This document shows positions 30,084-39,637 of a stretch of 64,000 bases of DNA, in pieces. The notes under the pieces were generated by a model. That model searched no databases. It worked only from the letters and a program-made list of their open reading frames with translations, and was not told where the DNA came from. Within the stretch, counting starts at the first letter, position 1; the number at the start of each line of letters is the position of its first letter. Origin of the DNA: an uncultured Candidatus Rokubacteria bacterium (lineage in GTDB: Bacteria; Methylomirabilota; Methylomirabilia; Rokubacteriales; DASRDR01). The stretch is taken from assembly GCA_963708025.1 (NCBI GenBank), contig CAVPSB010000025.1:96001-160000 (forward strand). Reading direction: 5' to 3'. Made by a program: the position numbers and the translations under genes.

Positions 30084-31271
30084 GTGATCCGACGGCCCGC
30101 GGTCGTCGCGGTCGCGGGACTGGTGGCGCTCGCGGTCGCCATGGGAATCGGGCGCTTCGCCTTCACGCCGATCCTGCCGATGATGCAGGTCGATGCCGGC
30201 CTGTCCGTCGCCGAGGGCGGGTGGCTGGCCTCGGCCAACTACCTCGGCTACCTGCTCGGTGCCCTGTCGGCCATGGTCGTCCGGATCCGACCCACGACGG
30301 CGATTCGCGTCGGTCTCGGCGCGATCGGGACCGTCACCGTCGCGATGGCGGTCACGCACCGGCCGGGGGACTGGGTGGCGCTGCGCGCGATCGCCGGGGT
30401 CGGGAGCGCGTGGGTGCTGGTCTTCGGGTCGGCGTGGTGCCTGGACCGGCTCGCCCCGCTCCGGCGTCCCGTGCTGAGCAGCGCGGTCTTCGCCGGCGTC
30501 GGCGTCGGGATCGCGGTGGCCGGCGGATTCTGCCTGGTGCTGATGGCAAGGGGCGCCGGCTCCCCGTACGCGTGGACCGGCCTCGGCATCATCGCGCTCG
30601 TCGCGACGGCCCTCGTCTGGCCTGCGTTCGGCCGGGAGGTCGAGGCGGCGACGCCGGACCGACCCCCGGGGAGCCCCGGAAGTGGCTGGAGCGCCGACCG
30701 GGTGCGCCTCGTGCTCTGCTACGGCGCCTTCGGGTTCGGCTACATCATCCCCGCGACGTTCCTCCCGGTCATGGCGCGGCAGGCCCTCCGGGATCCGTCG
30801 ATCTTCGGGTGGGCCTGGCCGCTGTTCGGCGCCGCCGCGGCGGCGTCTCCGTTCGCCGCTGCCGGGCTGTCGAGACTCTTCGGGAACCGACGTCTGTGGA
30901 GCCTGAGCCATTGCGTGATGGCGCTCGGCGTGGCGCTCCCCATCGTCTGGCCCGGCGTCGTCGGGATCCTGTGGGCCGCCCTCCTCGTCGGCGGCACCTT
31001 CATGGTGATCACGATGACCGGCATGCAGGAGGCGCGGCGGGTCGCGGGTGGCCAGGCCACCGGCCTCATGGCGGCGATGACGTCGTCATTCGCCGCGGGG
31101 CAGATCGTGGGCCCCCTCTGCGTGAGCTACCTCGCACGGGCGAACGGCTCCTTCCGGGAAGCGCTCGTCATCGCATCCGTGGCCCTGGCCGCCAGCGCCG
31201 GCGTGCTTGCCTGGTCTCCGGGGCTGCCGACGCCGCCGGAGCCGGCGCCCCCGCCTCCCTCGAGCGCGTGA
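30084..31271 (+). CDS. YbfB/YjiJ family MFS transporter
   Basis: AMGIGRFAFTPILPMM, ASANYLGY and GFGYIIPATFL motifs. Confidence 0.88.
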   Translation: MIRRPAVVAVAGLVALAVAMGIGRFAFTPILPMMQVDAGLSVAEGGWLASANYLGYLLGALSAMVVRIRPTTAIRVGLGAIGTVTVAMAVTHRPGDWVALRAIAGVGSAWVLVFGSAWCLDRLAPLRRPVLSSAVFAGVGVGIAVAGGFCLVLMARGAGSPYAWTGLGIIALVATALVWPAFGREVEAATPDRPPGSPGSGWSADRVRLVLCYGAFGFGYIIPATFLPVMARQALRDPSIFGWAWPLFGAAAAASPFAAAGLSRLFGNRRLWSLSHCVMALGVALPIVWPGVVGILWAALLVGGTFMVITMTGMQEARRVAGGQATGLMAAMTSSFAAGQIVGPLCVSYLARANGSFREALVIASVALAASAGVLAWSPGLPTPPEPAPPPPSSA

Positions 31272-31272
31272 G

Positions 31273-31368
31273 ATGCTCGGCGCCCTGACCTGCCTCGTCG
31301 CCTTCCAGCTGGCCGGCGAAGTCACGGCGCGGGCGCTCGCGCTGTCGGTTCCGGGTCCGATGATCGGG
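31273..31368 (+). pseudogene. N-terminal remnant of a CidA/LrgA holin-like protein
   Basis: MLGALTCLVAFQLAGEVTARALALSVPGPMIG, then similarity stops at the convergent MFS gene end. Confidence 0.6.
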
Positions 31369-31383
31369 ACGCCGCCCGGATCT

Positions 31384-32631
31384 TCAGAGCCAGGGGCGGT
31401 TCCGGGGCTCGCGGACGCCGGCCAGCAGCGCGAGCGCGACCAGCATGGCGGCGGCCAGGCCGTACCAGCCCCAGTCGTACGCGGCCAGCCGGTCGGCGGC
31501 CGCGCCGAAGAGCGGGGCGCCCACGATGACGCCGATCGAGGAGACCGCCAGGCACAGGCCCACCGCGGTCGCCGCCGAGTCGCGGCCCGCGATCTCGGCC
31601 AGGAGCGTGTGGTGGACGCCGTTCCAGCCGATGCCGGTCAGGCCGAAGCCGAGGGCGACGAGCGACAGCGCGAGGCCGGTGCCGCGCGGGCCGACCCAGG
31701 CAGTGGCGAGGCACAGGGCGGCGGTGGCCACCCCGGCCAGGACCAGCACGACCAGCCGGCGCCCGCCGAAGACGCGGTCGGACAGGACTCCGAAGACGAC
31801 GCGGCCGAGCGTGCCCGAGAGCTGGGCCTGGCCGAGCACGACCCCGGCCGCGACGGCGGACAGCCCGGCCACCTCGCTGAGGTAGAGCGGCAGGTAGCTG
31901 ATCCACGCCACCTGCACGGCCGCGAACAGGAAGGTGGCCAGCGAGACGAGCCAGATCGGCCGGCTCGTCAGCACCTTGCCGACGCGCGGCCGGCGGGGGG
32001 TGGCTCCGGGCCCCGGGGTCCCGTCGGCCGGCGGCTCGCGGTAGCCCAGTCCGGCGGCGGCCGCGCTGAGCCCGATCAGCCCCGCCGCGGTCCCGAGGGC
32101 GCCGCGCCAGCCGAGGTGCCCGGCCAGGGAGGGCAGGAGCAGGGCGCCGAAGGCTCCGCCCAGCGGGAAGCCGGCCTGCTTGATGCCGACGGCGGTGGCA
32201 CGGCTCGCCGCCGGAAACCAGACCAGGACGCCCTTGGTGGACGTCGGGTTGACGGCGCCGTAGCCCACGCCGGCGAGCAGCACCGCCGCGGTCAGGGCGG
32301 CATAGTCTGCGGCCAGCATCATGGCCGCGAAGCAGGCGGCCACGATCCCCTGACCGAACAGGAGCGTCCAGCGGACCCCGACCCGGTCCGCGAGCCACCC
32401 GGCCGGCAACGACGTGAGGACGCCGCCGACGTAGAACGCCGAGATGAAGGAGCCGGCTTCCTGGCGGGAGAGCCCGAGGTCGGCCCGGATCATCGGGGCC
32501 AGGGACGGGAGCCCGAGGGCGCCGACGTTGGTCGCCGTCTGCACGCCCATGATCAGCGCGAGCACCACGAAGCGATAGCGGGGGGGCTCCGAGGCGGGTG
32601 GGCCGAGCACGCGTCCCATCGTAGCATCCAC
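31384..32631 (-). CDS. MFS transporter
   Basis: GWLADRVG and GVLSDRVFG motifs; multi-TM. Confidence 0.88.
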   Translation of the reverse strand: MDATMGRVLGPPASEPPRYRFVVLALIMGVQTATNVGALGLPSLAPMIRADLGLSRQEAGSFISAFYVGGVLTSLPAGWLADRVGVRWTLLFGQGIVAACFAAMMLAADYAALTAAVLLAGVGYGAVNPTSTKGVLVWFPAASRATAVGIKQAGFPLGGAFGALLLPSLAGHLGWRGALGTAAGLIGLSAAAAGLGYREPPADGTPGPGATPRRPRVGKVLTSRPIWLVSLATFLFAAVQVAWISYLPLYLSEVAGLSAVAAGVVLGQAQLSGTLGRVVFGVLSDRVFGGRRLVVLVLAGVATAALCLATAWVGPRGTGLALSLVALGFGLTGIGWNGVHHTLLAEIAGRDSAATAVGLCLAVSSIGVIVGAPLFGAAADRLAAYDWGWYGLAAAMLVALALLAGVREPRNRPWL

Positions 32632-32672
32632 CGTCGGTCAGGACGTGAGCGTGGCGCTGAGAGGGGCACTGG

Positions 32673-32700
32673 TTGACAGCCGGCCCGATGCCGGTAGCAT
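32673..32700 (+). promoter_or_regulatory. Sigma70-type promoter of the cysE leader
   Basis: TTGACA-16 bp-TAGCAT. Confidence 0.6.
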
Positions 32701-32709
32701 GAAGGAACG

Positions 32710-32802
32710 ATGCGACGGCCCTCGACCGACATCGACGTGCGGTGCCGGGACTGCATCTGTCCCCCCTCCCGGCCGGAGGACTGCCAGATCACGAGCGGAT
32801 AG
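32710..32802 (+). CDS. Putative Cys-rich leader peptide (30 aa)
   Basis: MRRPSTDIDVRCRDCICPPSRPEDCQITSG*; 4 Cys codons, directly upstream of cysE. Confidence 0.65.
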   Translation: MRRPSTDIDVRCRDCICPPSRPEDCQITSG

Positions 32803-32830
32803 GGATTCCGGCGCCAGACTCGCGTTCGAC

Positions 32831-32867
32831 GACGCCCGCGACCTCCGGTCGTGGGCGTTCGTGTCTT
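32831..32867 (+). terminator. Putative attenuator hairpin
   Basis: GACGCCCGCGACC-TCC-GGTCGTGGGCGTT 13-bp stem with a weak U-rich tail before the cysE RBS. Confidence 0.6.
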
Positions 32868-32879
32868 GGGGAGGCTCCC

Positions 32880-33467
32880 ATGCTGGGGACTGCTTTGGAG
32901 GACATCCGGGCCGTCAGGCGGAACGACCCCGCGGCCCACGGCTGGCTGGAAGTGCTGCTGTGCCATACGCCGCTCCACGCCATCCTCCTGCACCGGGTGG
33001 CTCACTGGCTCCACGCGCGGCTGCGTCTCCGGGTCCTCGCGCGGTTTCTCTCGGTGCTCAATCGGTTCTGGACGGGCGTCGAGATCCATCCGGCGGCGCG
33101 CATCGGCTCGGGGTTCTTCCTGGATCACGGGACCGGCGTGGTGATCGGCGAGACGGCGGTGGTCGGCGACCACTGCGTGATGTTCCACAACGTGACGCTG
33201 GGCGGGACCGGCAAGTACCACGGCCAGCGTCACCCCATCGTCGGGAGCCACGTCTTCATCGGGACGGGCGCGGTCCTGCTGGGGCCCATCCGGGTGGGCG
33301 ACCACGCCAAGATCGGGGCCAACGCCTTCGTGGTGAACCGCGACGTCCCGCCCCGCTCGACGGTGGTGGGGACGCCGGCCCGGATCGTCAAGCAGGACGG
33401 CCTCCGGGTTAACGCCGAGCTCCCCCGGATGGCCACGCACCCGGGCGCGGTCCCGGTCGAGCTCTAG
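32880..33467 (+). CDS. cysE: Serine O-acetyltransferase
   Basis: NDPAA, TGVEIHPAARIG, DHGTGVVIGETA, VTLGGTGK and RHP motifs. Confidence 0.92.
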   Translation: MLGTALEDIRAVRRNDPAAHGWLEVLLCHTPLHAILLHRVAHWLHARLRLRVLARFLSVLNRFWTGVEIHPAARIGSGFFLDHGTGVVIGETAVVGDHCVMFHNVTLGGTGKYHGQRHPIVGSHVFIGTGAVLLGPIRVGDHAKIGANAFVVNRDVPPRSTVVGTPARIVKQDGLRVNAELPRMATHPGAVPVEL

Positions 33468-33468
33468 A

Positions 33469-34563
33469 TCAGCTGGGAACGCTCCAGCGCTTCACGGCGT
33501 CGCCGTCCCAGACGAGGCCGAGGCCGGGGCGCGTCGGCAGCCGAACCCGTCCATCCACCAGCGCGAGCTTCTCGGCCAGGAGCGGCTGGGCCCACGGCAT
33601 GTGCTCGAGGTAGTAGGCGGTAGGGCTGGCCGCCATGAGGTGGCAGGACTGCTCCGGGAAGAGGTGGGAGGCGAGCGGCAGCCGCCAGGCGTCGGCCAGC
33701 GCCGCGGTCCGGAGCCAGCCCGTCACGCCGCCGATCCGCTCCAGGTCGGGCATCATCACGTCCACCGCCCGGGCCTCGATCAGCTCGCGGAAGCCGAAGG
33801 GGGCGTAGGCGTTCTCGCCGGTGGCCAGCGGAGTGGCCAGCTCGGCGGCGATCCGCGCCTGGCCGGGAACGTCGTCGTGGGGAATCGGCTCCTCGAACCA
33901 GGTGAGGTCGATTCCGGCGTCCTCCAGCTTGCGCCCCATCCGCAGGGCGTAGTGGACGTCCCAGCCCTGGTTGGCGTCCGCCATCAGGCGGACATCCCGG
34001 CCGATCGCGTCGCGGACCGCCCGGGCGGCAGCCAGGTCGTCGGCCTCGCGGGGACGGCCGAGCCGCATCTTGACGGCGTGGAAGCCGTGGCTCACCAGCT
34101 CCGCCGCCTCGGCGGCCAGCTTGCCGAGGTCGTCGGTCAGCCAGAGCCCCTCGCTGGCGTACGTCTCCACCGGGGCGGCCGAGCCGCCCAGCATCTGCCA
34201 GAGCGGGACGCCGAGGGCCTGGGCCGCGACGTCCCACGCCGCGGTGTCGATCGCCGAGATCGCGAAGACGGCCAGCCCGCGCCGGCCCGCCATCGAGGAG
34301 ACCTGCCAGATCTTGCGGTAGAGCGGCGTAGTCTCGCGCGGGTCCATGCCGCGGACCTGCGCCTCGAGCCCGCGGAGCAGCTCGATCACCGCCCGGCCCC
34401 AGTCCTGCCCGAAGGTGACCAGGTAGGTCTGCCCGGTCAGCCCCTGGTCGGTCTCGAGGTCGACCAGGAGCAGCGTCATCGTCTCGCTCGTCCGGATGCG
34501 GGAGACGATCGGCCGCGCGAGCGGCACGTCGACCAGCGTCGTGCGAATGGCGGTGATCTTCAT
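33469..34563 (-). CDS. Mandelate racemase/muconate lactonizing enzyme family protein
   Basis: ISAIDTAAWD, KMR, DANQ, WFEEP and ATGEN motifs. Confidence 0.9.
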   Translation of the reverse strand: MKITAIRTTLVDVPLARPIVSRIRTSETMTLLLVDLETDQGLTGQTYLVTFGQDWGRAVIELLRGLEAQVRGMDPRETTPLYRKIWQVSSMAGRRGLAVFAISAIDTAAWDVAAQALGVPLWQMLGGSAAPVETYASEGLWLTDDLGKLAAEAAELVSHGFHAVKMRLGRPREADDLAAARAVRDAIGRDVRLMADANQGWDVHYALRMGRKLEDAGIDLTWFEEPIPHDDVPGQARIAAELATPLATGENAYAPFGFRELIEARAVDVMMPDLERIGGVTGWLRTAALADAWRLPLASHLFPEQSCHLMAASPTAYYLEHMPWAQPLLAEKLALVDGRVRLPTRPGLGLVWDGDAVKRWSVPS

Positions 34564-34717
34564 CGGGGCCCTCCTGGCACCCATGCTAGCGCGAAACCGG
34601 CCACCGGGCGCGTACCGGCGGGCAGCGGTGGCGGAATCGGCGCGTCCCTGCTACGCTAGCCGACCGAGCGGGGCCCGCGACGCGGCCCGCGAACCCATCC
34701 AACGGAGGAGAGATGTC

Positions 34718-35569
34718 ATGAGCAGCTTCGCCTGGAGTTGACGGATCGTCGTGCTGGCCGTGGGCGCCACCCTCGCCGGCGGGGTCGCCGCGCCGCTGGA
34801 GGCGGCCGGGCTGCTCGACGAGATCAAGAAGCGGAAGGAGATCGTGGTCGCGACGGAGGCGCAGTACCCCCCGTTCGAGTTCGTGGAGGGCGGGAAGATC
34901 GTCGGCTACCACGCCGACCTCCTGGCGCTCGTGATGAAGGACCTGGTCGCCCAGGGCGTCAAGGTCAACCAGCTCGACCTGCCCTTCCAGGGGCTCCTGG
35001 CCGGGCTCCAGGCCAAGAAGTACGACATGATCGCCACCGCCCTCTTCGGGACCGAGGAGCGCGCCAAGCGCTTCGCGTTCACGGTGCCGACCGCGTACGG
35101 GACGACGGGCATCGTCACCCGGGCGAACAACGCCGCCATCGGCAAGCCGGAGGACCTGGCCGGCAAGACCATCGGGGCCCCGCAGGCGACGAAGTACCTG
35201 GACCAGATGAAGGCCTACAGCGAGGAGCTCAAGAAGAAGACGGGGACCGGCATGAAAGAGGTCCGCGAGTACGTCGGCTTCACCGAGATCTACGCCGACA
35301 TCGACAACGGCCGGATCGACGCCGCCCCCAACGGCCTGCCGAACCTGGCCTGGCTCATGAAGCAGCAGCCGGGCAAGTACAAGCTGGCCGGCCAGCTCGG
35401 GGACCGGACCTACTTCGCCTGGGCCTCGCGGGTCGAGGACCGGGACCTGGCCGACTACCTGAGCGCCCAGATCCTCAAGGCGAAGAAGGACGGGACGCTG
35501 AAGGAGCTGCAGATGAAGTGGTTCGGCCTGGTGATGGAGACGCCGGACGTCCCGACCCTGATGAAGTAG
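34718..35569 (+). CDS. Polar amino acid ABC substrate-binding protein; in-frame TGA at 34739 within the signal peptide
   Basis: ATEAQYPPFE, EERAKRFAFT and KWFG motifs; strong RBS before ATG 34718. Confidence 0.85.
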
Positions 35570-35590
35570 CGACCGCGCCGGGACCGGCCG

Positions 35591-36259
35591 GTGGGCTTCG
35601 ACCTCCGGGTCGTGATCGAGAGCCTCCCGCTGCTCCTGCGGGGGGCTCTCGTCACCCTGGAGGTCTCGGCGCTCGGGATCGTCCTGGCCGGCCTCATCGC
35701 GCTGCCGGTCGCGCTCGGCCGCCGCTCCCGCTCGCGCGCGCTGCGCGCGCTCACCTTCCTCTATCTCGACGCGGTGCGGGGGACCCCGCTCCTCCTCCAG
35801 CTCTTCGTCATCTTCTACCTACCGCCCCTGGTCGGCCTCGACCTCTCGCCCTTCCAGTCGGGCGTCGTCGCGCTCGGCGTCAACGGCGGCGCCTACGCGG
35901 CGGAGATCCTCCGGGGCGGCCTCCAGGCGCTGCCCCGCGGCCAGGTCGAGTCGGCCCGCTCGCTCGGCATGAGCGGCGCCCAGTGTCTTCGCCGGATCGT
36001 CCTGCCCCAGGTGGTCGTCAACGTGCTGCCGGCGCTCACCAACGAGGCGGCCAGCCTGGTCAAGGCCTCGTCCCTGGTCTCGGTCCTCGCGCTGATCGAG
36101 CTGACCCGGGTCGGCCAGCAGATCGTCGGACGCATCACCCGGCCGACCGAGATCTACGTGACGGTCGCCGCCCTCTACTTCGTCGTGAACGTCGCCATCG
36201 CCTGGGCCTCGGCGACCGCCTGGCGGCGCCTGACGCGTCTACCGGTGACCCGCCGGTGA
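35591..36259 (+). CDS. Amino acid ABC permease
   Basis: [15 protein letters not shown] and [10 protein letters not shown] motifs. Confidence 0.92.
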   Translation: MGFDLRVVIESLPLLLRGALVTLEVSALGIVLAGLIALPVALGRRSRSRALRALTFLYLDAVRGTPLLLQLFVIFYLPPLVGLDLSPFQSGVVALGVNGGAYAAEILRGGLQALPRGQVESARSLGMSGAQCLRRIVLPQVVVNVLPALTNEAASLVKASSLVSVLALIELTRVGQQIVGRITRPTEIYVTVAALYFVVNVAIAWASATAWRRLTRLPVTRR

Positions 36260-36912
36260 CCTTCGACTGGTCCCTGGTCGCCCGCCACTGGCCCGACTTC
36301 CTGCGCGGGGCCGCGCTGACGCTCGCCCTGGCCGTGGCGGCGACGCTGATCGGCCTGACGCTGGGGCTGCTGGCGGCCCTGGCCCGGCTCTCCCCCTGGC
36401 GGGCGCTGGCCGGCGCGGCCCGGGCCTACGTGGAGGTCGTCCGGGGCACGCCGCTCCTCGTCCAGATCTTCTTCGTCTACTCGGTGCTGCCGCTCTACGG
36501 GGTCCGGCTCTCCGCGCTCGCCGCCGGCATCCTCGCGCTGTCGCTCTACACCGGCGCCTTCGCCGCCGAGATCTTCCGGGCCGGGATCACCGCGGTCCAC
36601 CGGGGGCAGGTGGAGGCCGCGCGCTCGCTGGGGATGAGCTACGGGCAGACCCTGCGCCGGATCGTGCTGCCGATCATGGCGGCCATGGTGCTGCCGCCGA
36701 TCACCAGCGAGTTCACCGGCGTCATCAAGTGGTCGTCGCTCCTCTCGGTCATCACCGTGCCCGAGCTGACCTTCGCGGCCCAGCGGGTGATCGGGGAGAG
36801 CTACAGCGTGATCGAGCCGCTCCTGATGGCCGGGCTCCTCTACTGGGCGCTCAACGACCTGATGGTCTACGCCGGGCGGCGGCTCGAGCGGCGGATGACC
36901 CGGTACCTCTGA
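36256..36912 (+). CDS. Amino acid ABC permease
   Basis: [15 protein letters not shown] and [10 protein letters not shown] motifs. Confidence 0.92.
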   Translation: MTFDWSLVARHWPDFLRGAALTLALAVAATLIGLTLGLLAALARLSPWRALAGAARAYVEVVRGTPLLVQIFFVYSVLPLYGVRLSALAAGILALSLYTGAFAAEIFRAGITAVHRGQVEAARSLGMSYGQTLRRIVLPIMAAMVLPPITSEFTGVIKWSSLLSVITVPELTFAAQRVIGESYSVIEPLLMAGLLYWALNDLMVYAGRRLERRMTRYL

Positions 36913-36938
36913 TGGCGCCCGTCGAGCCGCCTTCCGCT

Positions 36939-37037
36939 CCCTCTCCCTTCCAGGGAGAGGGTCGGGGTGAGGGTTCGGCGCCCCCGGCGAAGGCGCCCCC
37001 TCACCCTGTCCCTCTCCCCCGAGGCGGGGGAGCGGGA
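36939..37037. repeat. REP-like family D element
   Basis: CCCTCTCCCTTCCAGGGAGAGGG...GGGGTGAGGG...CCCTCACCCT; the first 23 nt are identical to 48922. Confidence 0.8.
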
Positions 37038-37049
37038 ACGAGCGAGCCG

Positions 37050-37828
37050 ATGATCCGGATCGCGGGGCTCCGGAAGTCCTTCGGCGCGCTCGAGGTGCTG
37101 AAGGGGATCGACCTGGCCGTGGCCCGCGGCGAGGTCGTCTGCCTGATCGGCCCCAGCGGCTCGGGGAAGAGCACGCTCCTCCGCTGCATCAACTTCCTGG
37201 AGGAGCCGACCGCCGGGCTCGTCCACGTGGACGGCCAGCCGATCGGCTACCGGCGTGGACGCCGCCGGCCGTCGCGTCCGGGACCCGGCCCGGCGGATCA
37301 ACGAGCTGCGGGCGCGCATCGGCATCGTCTTCCAGTCCTACAACCTCTGGCCCCACCGGACCGCGCTCGGCAACGTCATCGAGGCGCTCCTGGTCGTCCG
37401 CCGGCGTCCCCGCGCCGAGGCCGACGCGGATCGGCCTGGCCATGCTCGACCGCGTCGGCCTGCGCGACAAGGCGGACGAGTACCCGTCCCGGCTCTCCGG
37501 CGGCCAGCAGCAGCGGGTCGCCATCGCGCGGGCGCTGGCGATGGAGCCGGAGGTCATGCTCTTCGACGAGGTGACCTCCGCGCTCGACCCCGAGCTGGTC
37601 GGCGAGGTCCTCAAGGTGATGCGCGGCCTCGCCGCCGACGGCATGACGATGGTCGTCGTGACCCACGAGATGGGCTTCGCCCGCGAGGTGGCCGACCGAG
37701 TCGTCTTCATGGACGACGGGGCGATCGTGGAGGAGGGCCCGCCCGACGTGGTGCTGGTCCAGCCACGCAACGACCGGACCCGCCGCTTCCTGGCCCGCAT
37801 CCTGGCCCCCGACGCCCGCGGCTCCTAG
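37050..37828 (+). CDS. Amino acid ABC ATPase (GlnQ-like); two +1 frameshifts near 37252 and 37428
   Basis: [25 protein letters not shown] and [11 protein letters not shown] lie in three successive frames. Confidence 0.85.
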
Positions 37829-37893
37829 CCCTGATCGGCAATTCCACCACGCTAGGGTGCAGCCCGCTCCGTATGATCGCCGATGGGGGCTAG
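37825..37893. mobile_element. CTAG-flanked imperfect inverted repeat (MITE-like or bidirectional terminator)
   Basis: CTAGCCCTGATCGGCAAT...ATCGCCGATGGGGGCTAG between two convergent stop codons. Confidence 0.5.
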
Positions 37894-38807
37894 TCTGAGC
37901 GGACGCCCTTGGCAGCCGGGATGCCGGGAAGGGGGCGGTCCCAGTAGGGGAGGCGGTCCACCCGCGGGTGCCAGGTGCCGGCGGCGATCGCCTGCTTCAC
38001 GTGGGCGGCGATCTCCTCCAGGGTGGCGAACCACACCCCGCCCTTGGCCTGCATGTGCTCGATCAGCTCGATGATCGCCTCGCAGCGGGGCATCCGTCCG
38101 GAGACGAAGGGGTGCCAGACCCCGTTCCACAGCCCGCCGTACTTCCAGGCGGCGTCGAACTCGGTGCGGAAGACCTCCATCGCGCGCCGGGGCGAGGCGA
38201 TCGGCAGCATGTAGCCGAAGTCCTTCATGCAGACGTACTGGGACCAGTCGTCCTGCGACATGTCGTGGGGCACCTCGATGAGGGTCGCCCGCCCGTTGCC
38301 GATCACATAGGGAATGTCGTCGCCCTGGAGCGAGGCGTCGTACTCGAAGCCCTCCTCGAGGAGCAAGTCGAGCGTGTTCCGGGAGAAGGCGAAGGACGGC
38401 GCCCGGTAACCGTGGGGTCGGCGGCCGGAGGCCTTGACGATCGCCTCCAGCCCCTGCCGGAGGCAGGCCCGCTCCTCGTCGGCGGAGAGCTGGTTCGACT
38501 TCTCGTGCCAGTAGCCGTGATGCCCCAGCTCGTGGCCGCCGGCCAGGATGGCCTCGACCGCGCGCGGGTAGGTCTCGATGCACCAGCCTGGCACGAAGAA
38601 GGTCTGGCGGAGGCCGTAGCGGGCGAGGATGTCCAGGAGGCGCGGGACCGCCACCTCGACGTCGTAGCGCAGCACCGACGACATCGTCACGCGGTTGTGG
38701 GCGGTGTCGGGGAAGTAGAAGTGGAGCAGGCTCTCGGCGTCCACGTCGAAGGTGAAGGCCGCCGCGCAGCGGGCGCCGTTCGGCCAGGGGATCGGGTTCT
38801 TGATCAC
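37890..38807 (-). CDS. Polysaccharide deacetylase (CE4, PuuE/PgdA-like)
   Basis: TFDVD, HHGYWHE, GYRAP, YDAS and WHPF motifs. Confidence 0.88.
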   Translation of the reverse strand: MIKNPIPWPNGARCAAAFTFDVDAESLLHFYFPDTAHNRVTMSSVLRYDVEVAVPRLLDILARYGLRQTFFVPGWCIETYPRAVEAILAGGHELGHHGYWHEKSNQLSADEERACLRQGLEAIVKASGRRPHGYRAPSFAFSRNTLDLLLEEGFEYDASLQGDDIPYVIGNGRATLIEVPHDMSQDDWSQYVCMKDFGYMLPIASPRRAMEVFRTEFDAAWKYGGLWNGVWHPFVSGRMPRCEAIIELIEHMQAKGGVWFATLEEIAAHVKQAIAAGTWHPRVDRLPYWDRPLPGIPAAKGVRSD

Positions 38808-38956
38808 GGGTGGCTCCTTTTGTCGGCTTCGTCGGCGCTGCCGATCGTATCGCTCCCGCGAGCCCGGGCGCAATCCGGGGCTCGCGCCGGGGGTGGGCCC
38901 GGGTAGAATACGGTCGGGTCGTCGAGCCGTTCCATCCCGTGGAAGGAGGAAGCTCC

Positions 38957-39602
38957 ATGATCGCGATCCCGGACCCGTCGAGCCTCGCCATCTTCGTCGT
39001 GGCCGCGCTTCTGCTGCTCCTCACGCCCGGCCCGGCCGTTCTCTACATCGTGACGCGGAGCATCGACCAGGGTCGCCGGGCGGGGCTGGTCTCCATGCTG
39101 GGGGTGCACGCCGGCACGCTCGTGCACGTCGCGGCGGCGGCGGCCGGCCTGTCGACGCTGCTCGCCGCCTCGGCTACCGCGTTCAGCACCGTGAAGTACC
39201 TGGGCGCGGCCTATCTCGTCTTCCTCGGCATCCGCCGGCTGCTCGACCGCAGTCCCGTGGCCCGGGCCGTGGACGGCCGCTCAGCGTGACCTGCGCCGGG
39301 CATTCGTCGACGGTGTGGTGGTGAACGTGCTCAACCCGAAGACGGCCCTCTTCTTCCTCGCCTTCCTGCCCCAGTTCGTCAACGTGTCCCGGGGCGGCGT
39401 CGGCATGCAGGTCCTCGGGCTGGGGCTGCTCTTCATGCTGCTGGGACTGATCACCGACGGGCTCTACGCGGTCACGGCGGGCACGGCGGCGACCTGGCTC
39501 CAGGGCAATCCACGGCTCCTCACGGGCGGGCGGTGGGTCTCCGGCGGCATGTACGTCGGCCTCGGGCTGGCGGCCGCGCTGGCGAGCAGCCATCGGAAAT
39601 GA
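38957..39602 (+). CDS. LysE/RhtB family exporter; +1 frameshift near 39280
   Basis: TPGPA, KYLGAAYL and NVLNPKTALFFLAFLPQF split over two frames. Confidence 0.85.
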
Positions 39603-39637
39603 CGCCCGCGCCTGGACGGCCCGGAAGGAGGCACTCC

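Noticed and set aside
32700-32870. T-box or SAM riboswitch before cysE
   Set aside because: No T-box bulge consensus or SAM core motifs are recognisable; a leader peptide explains the region better.
34739-34741. Selenocysteine or alternative genetic code
   Set aside because: The codon lies in a signal peptide, no SECIS is evident, and TGA ends many other genes here.
37240-37440. Programmed frameshifting in the ATPase (also prcB and pafA)
   Set aside because: No slippery heptamers; the pattern matches insertion errors.
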